Shown: positions 19,035 through 27,704 of the stretch, in pieces
How the letters are laid out: each line of letters begins with the position of its first letter
Position numbering within the stretch: position 1 is the first letter of the stretch
DNA from: Longimicrobiales bacterium
Lineage (GTDB): Bacteria > Gemmatimonadota > Gemmatimonadetes > Longimicrobiales > Gaopeijiaceae
Length of the DNA: 64,000 bases
Direction of reading: 5' to 3'
NCBI GenBank assembly: GCA_965223195.1
Contig: CBDCVX010000019.1
Span: 96,258 to 160,257, forward strand
Notes under the pieces: generated by a model
What the model was told of the DNA's origin: nothing
What the model saw: the letters and a program-made list of their open reading frames with translations, nothing else
Database searches by the model: none
Translations under genes and position numbers: made by a program

Positions 19035-21065
19035 TTGCGCTTCATCCGCGAACCACTCACACCTCGCATATTCGCTAACCACTTGGCTGTCTTGGGCCTG
19101 CTCTGGCTCGGCGGCTGTGCGTTGGCGTCGGCGACGGAGCGGCCCCGCTCCGAGGCCGATGTCGTGGTGGCGGTCGGGTCCGCCGCCAAAGGCGACTGGG
19201 GGTTGGATGACCCTGCCGCCGTCCGCTTCGGACTCTTGTCATGGGTGGAGGAGAGCCATCCGCCGCGGTTCACGCCCTACCGCCTGACCGACCGGGCGCC
19301 GGAGCCTCCCGGCGTCGAGCCTTTGGGCCGGACGCCCACGTTTTCCGGTAACACGCTGATGGTGGCGCCGTTCACCGGCGGAAACCGGAACCGGCTGAGC
19401 GGCTTCTTCAACGCGTTCTCGCGGGCACCGTCGACGGCGACCACGGGGCTCTCGGACGTGCAGGGTTCCGGCAAGGCGCTCAGGCTGGACTTCGACCGTC
19501 GCGAACGGGGATTCGCCGGCGCATGGGTCCACCTCTTCGATCTGTCGGTGCCGCGCTCGGAGCGCCGGTACCTGGACGCGTCTCCCTTCTCGACGTTGAC
19601 ATTTTGGGTTCGAGGGCGTCCGGGGAGCGGCGACATCAGCCTACGGGTGGCGGACGCGGCTCTCGAGGCCCGGGAGGACGCGGCCCTGGTGGGGGCACTC
19701 CGCGCGTTCGCCGACGGGGAGGTCGAACCCGATGCGTGGCAGCGCGTCGAGGTCCCGTTGTCCGCAGTGCCGGACGCGGTGGACCGTCGTCTCCTGGCGT
19801 CGGTGATCTTCGAGGTGACCACGCCGGGAAGCGGCCACCTTTGGATCCGGGACCTGGCGCTCTCCATCGACCCGGGCAATCTCCCGTCGCTGTCCGAGGA
19901 AAGCCCTCCCACGGCCGCCGAGCGACCTGTACACCTGGCCACGTGGCTATGGAACACGTCCGATCTCATGCGGTCGGAAGCACGCCTGCGGGAGGTTGTC
20001 GACTTCGTGGCCGACGCGGGCTTCGACGAGGTCTTTCTGCAGTTGCCCGGCCTGCCGGGAGAAACCGGCCGGCCGGCGGACGCCACGTGGCGGGACGCGC
20101 GGCTGGGCGAGGTGGTGTCCGCGTTCCGGGAACGGGGGGTGGACGTCTCGGCCCTGGACGGCTTTCGCTCCTACGCCTTGCCCTCCATGCACGCCCAGGT
20201 GCTGGGTGTGGTGGACAGGGTCGTGGCCTACAACCGCGCCGCCGAGCCCAGTGCGCGGTTCAGCGGGCTCCATCATGACATCGAGCCCTACCTCCTGGCC
20301 GGATTCCACGGGCCGCGCAAGGAGATGATCCTTCGGGGATACCTCGATCTCATTCGTGAGAGCGCCCGGCGGGCGCGGGCCGTCGGAATGCAGTATGGGA
20401 TGGACATCCCATTCTGGTACGATGCGCTGGACGAGCACTATCAGGTGCCGGTGACGGTGGAGTACGACGGGGTGCGGAAGCCCGCTTCCCACCACGTCAT
20501 CGACCTCGTGGACCAACTCACGATCATGGACTACCGCACGTCGGCGTACGGAGCGGACGGAACGCTGCGCCACGCGGCCGGCGAGCTCGAATACGCCAGT
20601 CGGGTGGGACGTCCGGTGTTGATCGGCCTGGAGACCACCGAGCTACCGGACGAGACGCTCTTCGAGTTCGGCGGGCCGCCCCGCCAGGGGTTGCCCGGCG
20701 AGGTGCAGCCGCCGGGCGCAGTCGTGGCCTACGCCGCCGGCGATTCCATCCGCATGGTCGTCGCGCGGGGCGAGGAAGCGTTCTCCACTGCGTGGTCGGC
20801 CTTCGGCGTTCCGGAGAGCGGCACCGTGTGGTGGCCCATTGCCCGTGCCGTTCCGGTGCCGGCAGACAAGCTCACCTTCTGGGACCTGGGAGCGGACGCG
20901 CTCCGCCGGGTCGCGCGATCGACGGTCGACGAGCTGTCTCAGGTGCCCGCGTTCTCCGGCCTGGCCATCCACTATGTGGGAAGCCTGGAGCGTCTACGGG
21001 CCTGCCCGACCTGTGGGCCGGCCGGTGCGGAGGGACTCCGAATCCTGGACGGGGCGGTCCACTAG
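19035..21065 (+). CDS. Lipoprotein with C-terminal TIM-barrel glycoside-hydrolase-like (GHL/DUF4015-like) domain
   Basis: TTG start after a GGGGG SD; lipobox LLWLGGC; C-terminal half (VDFVADAGFDEVFLQLPG...SGLHHDIEPY...MDIPFWYD...TIMDYR) resembles GHL-type putative glycosidases. Confidence 0.65.
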   Translation: MRFIREPLTPRIFANHLAVLGLLWLGGCALASATERPRSEADVVVAVGSAAKGDWGLDDPAAVRFGLLSWVEESHPPRFTPYRLTDRAPEPPGVEPLGRTPTFSGNTLMVAPFTGGNRNRLSGFFNAFSRAPSTATTGLSDVQGSGKALRLDFDRRERGFAGAWVHLFDLSVPRSERRYLDASPFSTLTFWVRGRPGSGDISLRVADAALEAREDAALVGALRAFADGEVEPDAWQRVEVPLSAVPDAVDRRLLASVIFEVTTPGSGHLWIRDLALSIDPGNLPSLSEESPPTAAERPVHLATWLWNTSDLMRSEARLREVVDFVADAGFDEVFLQLPGLPGETGRPADATWRDARLGEVVSAFRERGVDVSALDGFRSYALPSMHAQVLGVVDRVVAYNRAAEPSARFSGLHHDIEPYLLAGFHGPRKEMILRGYLDLIRESARRARAVGMQYGMDIPFWYDALDEHYQVPVTVEYDGVRKPASHHVIDLVDQLTIMDYRTSAYGADGTLRHAAGELEYASRVGRPVLIGLETTELPDETLFEFGGPPRQGLPGEVQPPGAVVAYAAGDSIRMVVARGEEAFSTAWSAFGVPESGTVWWPIARAVPVPADKLTFWDLGADALRRVARSTVDELSQVPAFSGLAIHYVGSLERLRACPTCGPAGAEGLRILDGAVH

Positions 21066-21077
21066 GAGGGGGCTGCT

Positions 21078-21635
21078 CTAACCCCAGAGCATCCGCTCGA
21101 TGCGGTCCAGGATCTCCGGCACGTCGGTGACCACGATAGCATTGGTTTCCGGAGCAACGGAGATGGCTCCCCGGTCCGTCAGCATGCTTGCCAGAGCCGC
21201 GCGCAGGCTTTCGGCCCGCTGGTATCGGATCTTGAAGACCCGGGTCTCCGGCTCCACGTATTCGATTCGGTCCCGTACCCAGTCCAGGCTCTCGACGACG
21301 TAGATCCCCGACTCCGATTCGACGATGCGCATGCCGTGCGCGTGGAGAATGGCGTCCAGCGCCACGTTCCACGGCACGTCTCGCACGTCGGCGCTGATCT
21401 CCCCGGCTGCGCCGGAGCCGAGTACGAACGAGAAGTCGGCGAAGCGGGCGAAGGCCGCGACCACACCACCGACCGGCGTGTCGTCGAAAGATATCGTGAT
21501 CAGGGGTGCGGACACGGGGTCCGGCGAGGTCCCGCGGAGTGTGATGGGCCGGTCCTGTGCGTGGATGGGGGAGGTCGTGAGGACGAGCCAGCCCAAAAGC
21601 ACAGCGGAAGCCCGGAAGACGCGGTTCCACGGCAT
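21078..21635 (-). CDS. Stand-alone secretin N-terminal region protein (STN/AMIN-like + secretin-N0 domains, no secretin pore domain)
   Basis: Signal peptide MPWNRVFRASAVLLGWLVLTTSPIHAQD. ITISFDDTPVGGVVAAFARFADFSFVLG...VPWNVALDAILHAHGMRIVESESGIYVV then TRVFKIRYQRAESLRAALASMLTDRGAISVAPETNAIVVTDVPEILDRIERM parallels PilQ/GspD N-terminal modules. GGAGG SD 9 nt upstream of ATG 21635. Confidence 0.65.
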   Translation of the reverse strand: MPWNRVFRASAVLLGWLVLTTSPIHAQDRPITLRGTSPDPVSAPLITISFDDTPVGGVVAAFARFADFSFVLGSGAAGEISADVRDVPWNVALDAILHAHGMRIVESESGIYVVESLDWVRDRIEYVEPETRVFKIRYQRAESLRAALASMLTDRGAISVAPETNAIVVTDVPEILDRIERMLWG

Positions 21636-21828
21636 AACGTGAATCCTCCGTGGGTGGGGAGCGATACCTCTCAAAGGTAGGGCGGGAGGGGTCGGCCCGC
21701 CACCGCGGATAAGCCGCGGCAGGCACGTTCCGGAGTCTCGGCTTGAGCGCCACGGGCCCGTGTCCGATCTTCCCACCGCGCTACGATGCCGGTCACCCTT
21801 ACAAACCCCGACAGAGGCCGATCCCTGA

Positions 21829-22044
21829 ATGCGATCACATTACCTCCCCCGTACCCGCAAGGGTCTCGCGGCCGTGTCGGCGTTCTTCGCGCTGCTGGCA
21901 TTCGCCGAGCCGCCGCTCGTGTTCTCGATCGCCAACCGGGTGGAGCCGTGGGTCGCGGGGGTGCCGTTTCTCTACGCGTACCTCCTCGTGATCTATACCG
22001 TGCTGATCCTGGTGTTGCTCTGGGCGCTGGCGAAGGGACTCTAG
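21829..22044 (+). CDS. DUF3311-like small two-TM membrane protein (accessory of SSS transporters)
   Basis: 71-aa hydrophobic protein immediately upstream of a sodium:solute symporter gene, the conserved DUF3311 arrangement. Confidence 0.6.
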   Translation: MRSHYLPRTRKGLAAVSAFFALLAFAEPPLVFSIANRVEPWVAGVPFLYAYLLVIYTVLILVLLWALAKGL

Positions 22045-22086
22045 TGTCCGCTTTCCCCACTCACCGAGCAGTCCACTAGCGCGCTC

Positions 22087-23598
22087 GTGGAACCCTGGGT
22101 CGTCGCCACCAGCCTGATCTTCCTCTACCTGATCTTCACGATCGTGTTGGGGGCGGTGGCAAACCGTCACCTCACCCTGGAGCTGGAAGACTTCCTGCTC
22201 TATGGGCGCAAAGCCGGCTTCGTGGTGCTCTACCTGACGGTCGTCGCGACGTACCACTCCGCGTTCGCGTTTCTGGGATCGGGCGGGTTTTTCTACACGC
22301 ACGGGATCGGCTTCTGGGAGGCCGGCACCTGGACCGTCCTGGTGGGCGCGATCACGTACGTGTTGGGCTCCCGGATTTGGGCGTTGGGGAAGGCGTTCGG
22401 GTACATCACCCCCGCAGACCTGCTGGCCGACTTCTACGAGAGCGAGGCCGTGCGGGTCGTGGTGGCAGTCGTCTCCGTGCTGTTTACCATCCTCTACATC
22501 CAAGTGCAGGCACAGGGGCTGGGATACATCCTTTCCGTTGCTTCCGGCGATCGGATCTCGTTCGAGCTGGGCACGTTCATACTCCTCATCGTCGCGGCCG
22601 GGTACCTCATGGCCGGAGGCCTCAGGGCGGTCTACTGGACCGACGTGATCCAGGGTGTCTGGATGTACGTGGCGGTCTGGGTGGGGGCGATGGTCCTCGC
22701 GTACGAGCTGTTCGGAGGACCGTTCGAGCTGTGGCGTCGGGTAGCGGCCGAACGGCCGGATCTACTGACATTGCCCGGGCCGAGAGGGTTCTTCACTCCC
22801 GGGATGTGGATCGGGATGACGATTACGCTCTCGTTCGGAATCGTTTTTCAGCCGCACATCATGATCCGGTACTACTCGGCCGTGTCGGGACGTACCCTGA
22901 AATGGCTCGGCGCGACGACGCCAATCTACCTCATGACGCTCTACATTCCCGCAGCGCTGGTCGGGCTGGGAGGCGCCATCGTAATGCCCGATTTGGCGGT
23001 ACCCGACCGCGTGTTTCCCGAGCTCCTGTTCGCCTACGCGCCCGCGTGGCTGACCGGCATCATTCTGGCCGGCGCCACGGCGGCGGCCATGTCCACGCTG
23101 GATTCGATTCTGCACTCGAACATGACGGTGCTGACCCGCGACGTATACCAGCGCTACATATCGCCGCGACGCGCCCCGGAGCACTACGTGTGGGTGGGCC
23201 GCGGCATCGTGTTGATCCTGTTGGCGGTGGGCTACGTGCTCTCCGTCCGCACGTTTTCGTTTTTGGTGACGCTGGTCACGCTGTCGGGGTCGGGAGCCTT
23301 ACAGCTCATGCCCGCCATCATGGGCGTGTGTTTTCCCGGAAAGCGGCTGGTGACGCGGACTGGGGTGCTGGCCGGGATCGGGGTCGGACTGGTGACGCTG
23401 TACCTGACCCTGCTGGTCGTGCCGCATCCACTCGGGCTCCACGGAGGCGTGTGGGCCCTGATCCTCAACTGGCTGGTCACCCTGGGGGCGTCCAGGGTGA
23501 CCAGACCCCCGTCCCCGGAGACGGTCGGGCGCATCCATGGGACGGTCGAGCGCTATGTGTACGGTGACGGGGAGGTGCTCCCGCACACCGACGCATAG
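22087..23598 (+). CDS. Sodium:solute symporter (SSS) family transporter
   Basis: About 13 TM helices; SSS-type segments (GGLRAVYWTDVIQG..., AAAMSTLDSILHS); GTG start. Confidence 0.85.
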   Translation: MEPWVVATSLIFLYLIFTIVLGAVANRHLTLELEDFLLYGRKAGFVVLYLTVVATYHSAFAFLGSGGFFYTHGIGFWEAGTWTVLVGAITYVLGSRIWALGKAFGYITPADLLADFYESEAVRVVVAVVSVLFTILYIQVQAQGLGYILSVASGDRISFELGTFILLIVAAGYLMAGGLRAVYWTDVIQGVWMYVAVWVGAMVLAYELFGGPFELWRRVAAERPDLLTLPGPRGFFTPGMWIGMTITLSFGIVFQPHIMIRYYSAVSGRTLKWLGATTPIYLMTLYIPAALVGLGGAIVMPDLAVPDRVFPELLFAYAPAWLTGIILAGATAAAMSTLDSILHSNMTVLTRDVYQRYISPRRAPEHYVWVGRGIVLILLAVGYVLSVRTFSFLVTLVTLSGSGALQLMPAIMGVCFPGKRLVTRTGVLAGIGVGLVTLYLTLLVVPHPLGLHGGVWALILNWLVTLGASRVTRPPSPETVGRIHGTVERYVYGDGEVLPHTDA

Positions 23599-23607
23599 AC
23601 CGCGGCC

Positions 23608-24561
23608 TCATGCGGTCGAGTGTACGCTTCCCTCGCTGGTGTGCTCCGCCGCTTCCCGGCTGTGCGGCGCCGGCACAACCAACACGGGCCGATCAGCCCC
23701 GCGAATGACCTTGTCGGCCACGCTGCCCAACACCAACCGGGATACGCCGGTTCGCGCGTGTGTGGACAGGGCGATCACCTCGCAGTCCACCGCCGCCACC
23801 TCGTCCAGGATCCCGGTGGCCGCGGTGGTGGACATGACGGTGTTGTAGGTCACGTCCTCGATGCCGCGCGCCGCCAGCTTGTCCACCACGGTCTTGAGAT
23901 AGTCGTCCGCCCAGCCGCATTCCTCTTCGAGCGTGACCTGGTTCTCCAGGACCGTGTGGGGAAGGTACGCGGAGGCAACGCTTCTCGGATAAGTCACGAC
24001 ACGGGTAAGGTGGACTTTCTGTTCCGTGGGAGCGCCCAGCAAGGATAGACGCTCCAGTACTTCCTCACTCGTCTCGGACCCGTCCAGGGGCACCAGTATG
24101 CGCAACGGACGCGGCATGGCCTGGAGCACCATCTCCTCGTCCTCACGGGGACGCACGATCAGCACGGGAACCGTCGTGTGCCGGACCAGTCCGTCCGTCA
24201 CGCTTCCGAGCCAGAGACGGTTCAACGGACCTCGACCATGAGAGGTCATCACGACCAGATCGGCATCGACTTGCTCGACGTAACGGGAGAGCTCGATGGC
24301 GGGGTCGCCGCGAAGCAAAGCGGTGATCACCTCGACCTCGCGGCCCACGGAGGCCCGTACACGCTCCTGCATGTCCGCCTGATAGCGCTCCAGGCCTTCG
24401 GTGGCGACCTCCTCGAAACCTTCCCAAGCCAGCGGAAGCGGTGGCTCGGCCACGCTGACCAACTCCAGACGGTCGCCGTCCTTGAGGACCGAATACGCGA
24501 CCGGGAGTGCGAATTCCGCGAACGCGGACATATCCAGAGGTACCACGATATGGCGAGCCAT
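23608..24561 (-). CDS. Tandem universal stress protein (UspA) domain protein
   Basis: Two Usp domains, each ending with the ATP-binding-like motif (MTSHGRGPLNRLWLGSVTDGLVRHTTVPVLIV; ALSTHARTGVSRLVLGSVADKVIRGADRPVLVV); GGAGG SD before ATG 24561. Confidence 0.8.
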   Translation of the reverse strand: MARHIVVPLDMSAFAEFALPVAYSVLKDGDRLELVSVAEPPLPLAWEGFEEVATEGLERYQADMQERVRASVGREVEVITALLRGDPAIELSRYVEQVDADLVVMTSHGRGPLNRLWLGSVTDGLVRHTTVPVLIVRPREDEEMVLQAMPRPLRILVPLDGSETSEEVLERLSLLGAPTEQKVHLTRVVTYPRSVASAYLPHTVLENQVTLEEECGWADDYLKTVVDKLAARGIEDVTYNTVMSTTAATGILDEVAAVDCEVIALSTHARTGVSRLVLGSVADKVIRGADRPVLVVPAPHSREAAEHTSEGSVHSTA

Positions 24562-24717
24562 GATCGCCTCCATTGCGTTCCTAGTGGGTACGCGCCTTAC
24601 CGAAAGGCCCACATATACGGTAGTGGTGCGGGCGATTTCCTACCGTCGGAAAAAAGCCGTCGGTTCGCGTAGGGAGGCTGGAGTATGAACGGGTTGAAAG
24701 CGGATGAGAAACCGGCT

Positions 24718-25272
24718 CTACGCCGCCGTCCCCGGCACGATGAGTATCCGGCACTTGGGACAGCGCCTCGCGAGCTGTCGGAGCAGGTCGATAGGAAGCG
24801 CTCCCGGCCGGCAGCCCACTACCACCACGTCGGCGTCCATTTGCGTTGCCGCCGCGGGTAGCTCGCTCTCGAGAGACCCGGCCACCACCACGGGATGTAC
24901 GGTCAGCGACTCGAGGCGATGACGGGCGATACGCCGCATGAGCCCGGCTTCGGCTCGGCGTAGCCTGTCCACCCGCGTGCCGTCGCTCTCCGCATCGCCC
25001 GCGGGAGTGGCGACCGGGACCACGACCCACAACACGGCAGCCAATCCATCCGCCAGCTCCCGCAACGCCTCGAACAGCGAAGCGTGCTCGTACCCGGTGA
25101 GGCCTGCGACAATGCGCAACGGACGTCCGGCCTCGCCGGCCGAACCCGGATGGCGCTTCACCAAGGATTGACGTACATGGACCAACTTGGCCCCTTGCGG
25201 ACGTGATCCGCCGATACATTTGACGGTCCCGAAGTGCTCACGATCCGAGCCGGCGCGGGGGTGCCTTCCCAT
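24718..25272 (-). CDS. Universal stress protein domain protein (single domain, start uncertain)
   Basis: ...VVVGCRPGALPIDLLRQLARRCPKCRILIVP is a degenerate Usp C-terminal motif; the N-terminal boundary is unclear. Confidence 0.5.
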   Translation of the reverse strand: MGRHPRAGSDREHFGTVKCIGGSRPQGAKLVHVRQSLVKRHPGSAGEAGRPLRIVAGLTGYEHASLFEALRELADGLAAVLWVVVPVATPAGDAESDGTRVDRLRRAEAGLMRRIARHRLESLTVHPVVVAGSLESELPAAATQMDADVVVVGCRPGALPIDLLRQLARRCPKCRILIVPGTAA

Positions 25273-25428
25273 AGTGGTGCGGTGGGGAGACCTTCATCCG
25301 GGGACCGTGAAGGAAGTTACCGGCAGAAACCTCGTGGGGCTGTGCGTACGGCCTCCATCCCCTCTGTGGGAGGGATTCCGCAACCGGCGTGGGGTACAAC
25401 CCTGAAGGGAGGCAGAGACGCAGTGTCC

Positions 25429-26454
25429 ATGAACGTGGACGGTCACTATCGAGCGGTCTTCGACGCGGCACCGGATGCGGTGCTCATCGTCGACGATCGA
25501 GGACGGATCGCAGATGCCAACACGATGGCCGCCACGATGTTCGGATACGCGAGCGACGAGCTGCGGGGGAAGCCCATCGAGGTGCTGGTGCCGGAGTCCG
25601 GGCGAGAGAAGCACATGAACGCTCGCCACGAATACCAGGACTCGCCGCACACCCGGCCCATGGGCATCGGCCTCGAGCTACGCGGGCGCCACCGGGAGGG
25701 TCATGAGTTTCCCGTCGAGGTCAGCTTGAGCCCGTTCACGCAGGACGGCCGTACGTTCGTCATCGCCTCGGCCCGCGACATATCCGAGCGAAAGCGGATC
25801 CGAGCGCTCCGCACCGCGGTCATCAAGGCCGCCGAGGCCGAGCGGGCCCGGATCGCGCGCGAGCTGCACGACGACACCGCGCAGCGTCTGGCTGCAGCCA
25901 TCATCCACCTCCGCCTTTCGGGCCGCGTGAGGGGGGCGGACCGTGACGAGATGGACGCGGCGCTACGCAAGGATTTGGCCGAGATCGCCGAGGGTGTGCG
26001 CCGCATCGCCCGTGGGCTTCGGCCTCCCGAGTTGGAGGAAGTGGGTCTCGAATCCGCGGTGGCCAGTTGGTCCCGTACCTTGACCGAGGACACGTCGCTC
26101 CGGGTCAGGATCGAGGCCGACGCGGTGGACGCCGAGCTCACCGACGAGGAGCGGCTGGTATTCTACCGGGTCATCCAGGAAGCCTTGACCAACGCCAGAC
26201 GCCATTCGGATGCGGGCGCGGTAACCGTTACCATTGCATCGGATGATGGCCGCATCCTGACGCGCGTGCGCGATGACGGGCGCGGCTTCGACACGGAAAC
26301 CGCGCTGGCTGAAGCCAACGGGCTGGGCCTGCACGGGATGATCGAACGGGCGACGATGATCGGAGCGGAGATCGAGATCGTTTCCTCGCCCGACCAAGGG
26401 ACCGAGGTTTGGATGGCCGTCAATCGGAAGCAACCCCCCACGCCGGAAGAATAG
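25429..26454 (+). CDS. PAS-domain sensor histidine kinase, HisKA_3 (NarX/LiaS-type)
   Basis: PAS (YRAVFDAAPDAVLIVDDRGRIADAN...), H-box RIARELHDDTAQRLAAAIIHL, HATPase GLGLHGMIERATMIGAEIEIVS. Confidence 0.8.
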   Translation: MNVDGHYRAVFDAAPDAVLIVDDRGRIADANTMAATMFGYASDELRGKPIEVLVPESGREKHMNARHEYQDSPHTRPMGIGLELRGRHREGHEFPVEVSLSPFTQDGRTFVIASARDISERKRIRALRTAVIKAAEAERARIARELHDDTAQRLAAAIIHLRLSGRVRGADRDEMDAALRKDLAEIAEGVRRIARGLRPPELEEVGLESAVASWSRTLTEDTSLRVRIEADAVDAELTDEERLVFYRVIQEALTNARRHSDAGAVTVTIASDDGRILTRVRDDGRGFDTETALAEANGLGLHGMIERATMIGAEIEIVSSPDQGTEVWMAVNRKQPPTPEE

Positions 26455-26455
26455 C

Positions 26456-27100
26456 ATGCGCGTACTGCTGGCGGACGATCACACCATGTTCAGGGCCGGG
26501 CTCAAGGCGTTGCTCGAGTCCGAGTCGTTCATCGAGGTGGTCGGCGAGGCCGCGACCGGTGACGAGGCGATCGCGGCGGTTCAGGAGCTCAAGCCGGACG
26601 TCGTGCTCATGGACCTGTCGATGCCCGGCACCAACGGCCTCGAGGCCACCCGCCGCATCGCGGCCCTGGGACTGTCGACCAAAGTACTGGTGCTCACCGT
26701 CCATGCGGAGGAGGAGTACCTGGTGCCGGTGGTGGAGGCCGGCGCCAGCGGCTACCTCACCAAGACCCTCGCCGACCGCGACCTTCTGGAGGCGCTACGC
26801 GTGGTGGGGAGGGGTGAGGTCTACCTGCCGCCCAAGGCCACCACGCTGCTCCTGCGCAAGTACCGGGATGCGGATCCCAAGGGCGAACAGGCCGGCCTCA
26901 AGGCCCTTTCCGCGCGTGAGCGCGAGGTGCTCGCCCTCACGGCGGAAGGGTTCAGCTCGAGGGAGATCGGCAAGAAGCTCTACATCTCCCCCAAGACCGT
27001 GGACACCTACCGTGCTCGGATCATGGAGAAGCTCAAGCTCAACCATCGCTCCGAGCTGGTACGGTTCGCCCTCAACGTGGGCCTGCTCAAGCGGGTGTGA
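26456..27100 (+). CDS. NarL/FixJ-family response regulator (REC + LuxR-type HTH)
   Basis: MRVLLADDHTMFRAGLKALL...VLMDLSMPGTNG receiver; C-terminal LSAREREVLALTAEGFSSREIGKKLYISPKTVDTYRARIMEKL HTH; starts 2 nt after the kinase stop. Confidence 0.9.
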   Translation: MRVLLADDHTMFRAGLKALLESESFIEVVGEAATGDEAIAAVQELKPDVVLMDLSMPGTNGLEATRRIAALGLSTKVLVLTVHAEEEYLVPVVEAGASGYLTKTLADRDLLEALRVVGRGEVYLPPKATTLLLRKYRDADPKGEQAGLKALSAREREVLALTAEGFSSREIGKKLYISPKTVDTYRARIMEKLKLNHRSELVRFALNVGLLKRV

Positions 27101-27581
27101 TTCTCCCCGCTACGTCGCGCAGCACGTCGTAGGTCGTCACGATGCCCGACAGCTCTTCGTCTTCCAGCACCAGAGCCCGGTGGATCCGCTTGTCGAGTAG
27201 GAAGTTGGCCAGCTCCGTAACCGGCACTTCGGGTCCGATCGAGTAGCGGACGGGGTTCATGATCTCGCCCACCGTTCGATCTTCGAACGTGGTCCAATCC
27301 ATCCAGGCGCCGTCGAAGCTGAGGTCGGGCATGATCTCAGTCTCGAAGTGGTAGTAGTCGCGACGCGTCGACTCGGCGACGGAGGCGGGAGGCGACTCTC
27401 CGCTGGCCGCGAGCTGCAGGATGTCGGTCGCGGACACCACCCCGACCACCTCGCCGTGGGTGCCTACTACCGGCACTCCGGTAATCTCCTCCTCGGTGAG
27501 GAGGCGGGCCAGATCGCGGACGCTGGAATCTCGCTCGACGGTGACGAGGTCCTTGGACATGATATCGCGTACGGTCGTCAT
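27087..27581 (-). CDS. CBS-pair domain protein
   Basis: Two CBS motifs (VRDIMSKDLVTVERDSSVRDLARLL...GVPVV; VGEIMNPVRYSIGPEVPVTELANFLLDKRIHRALVL); GGAGG SD 5 nt before ATG 27581; convergent 14-bp overlap with the response-regulator gene. Confidence 0.8.
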   Translation of the reverse strand: MTTVRDIMSKDLVTVERDSSVRDLARLLTEEEITGVPVVGTHGEVVGVVSATDILQLAASGESPPASVAESTRRDYYHFETEIMPDLSFDGAWMDWTTFEDRTVGEIMNPVRYSIGPEVPVTELANFLLDKRIHRALVLEDEELSGIVTTYDVLRDVAGRITPA

Positions 27582-27704
27582 GATGACCTCCGGGTTGGAA
27601 TCCACGCCTGTATTGTAGGATGGGCCGGACCCGAGTGCGGCGTCTGTCGGGCCGTCGCCTCGGACGTCTGACGGGAGAACCCGCACAGCGGGAGGGGCCC
27701 GACC

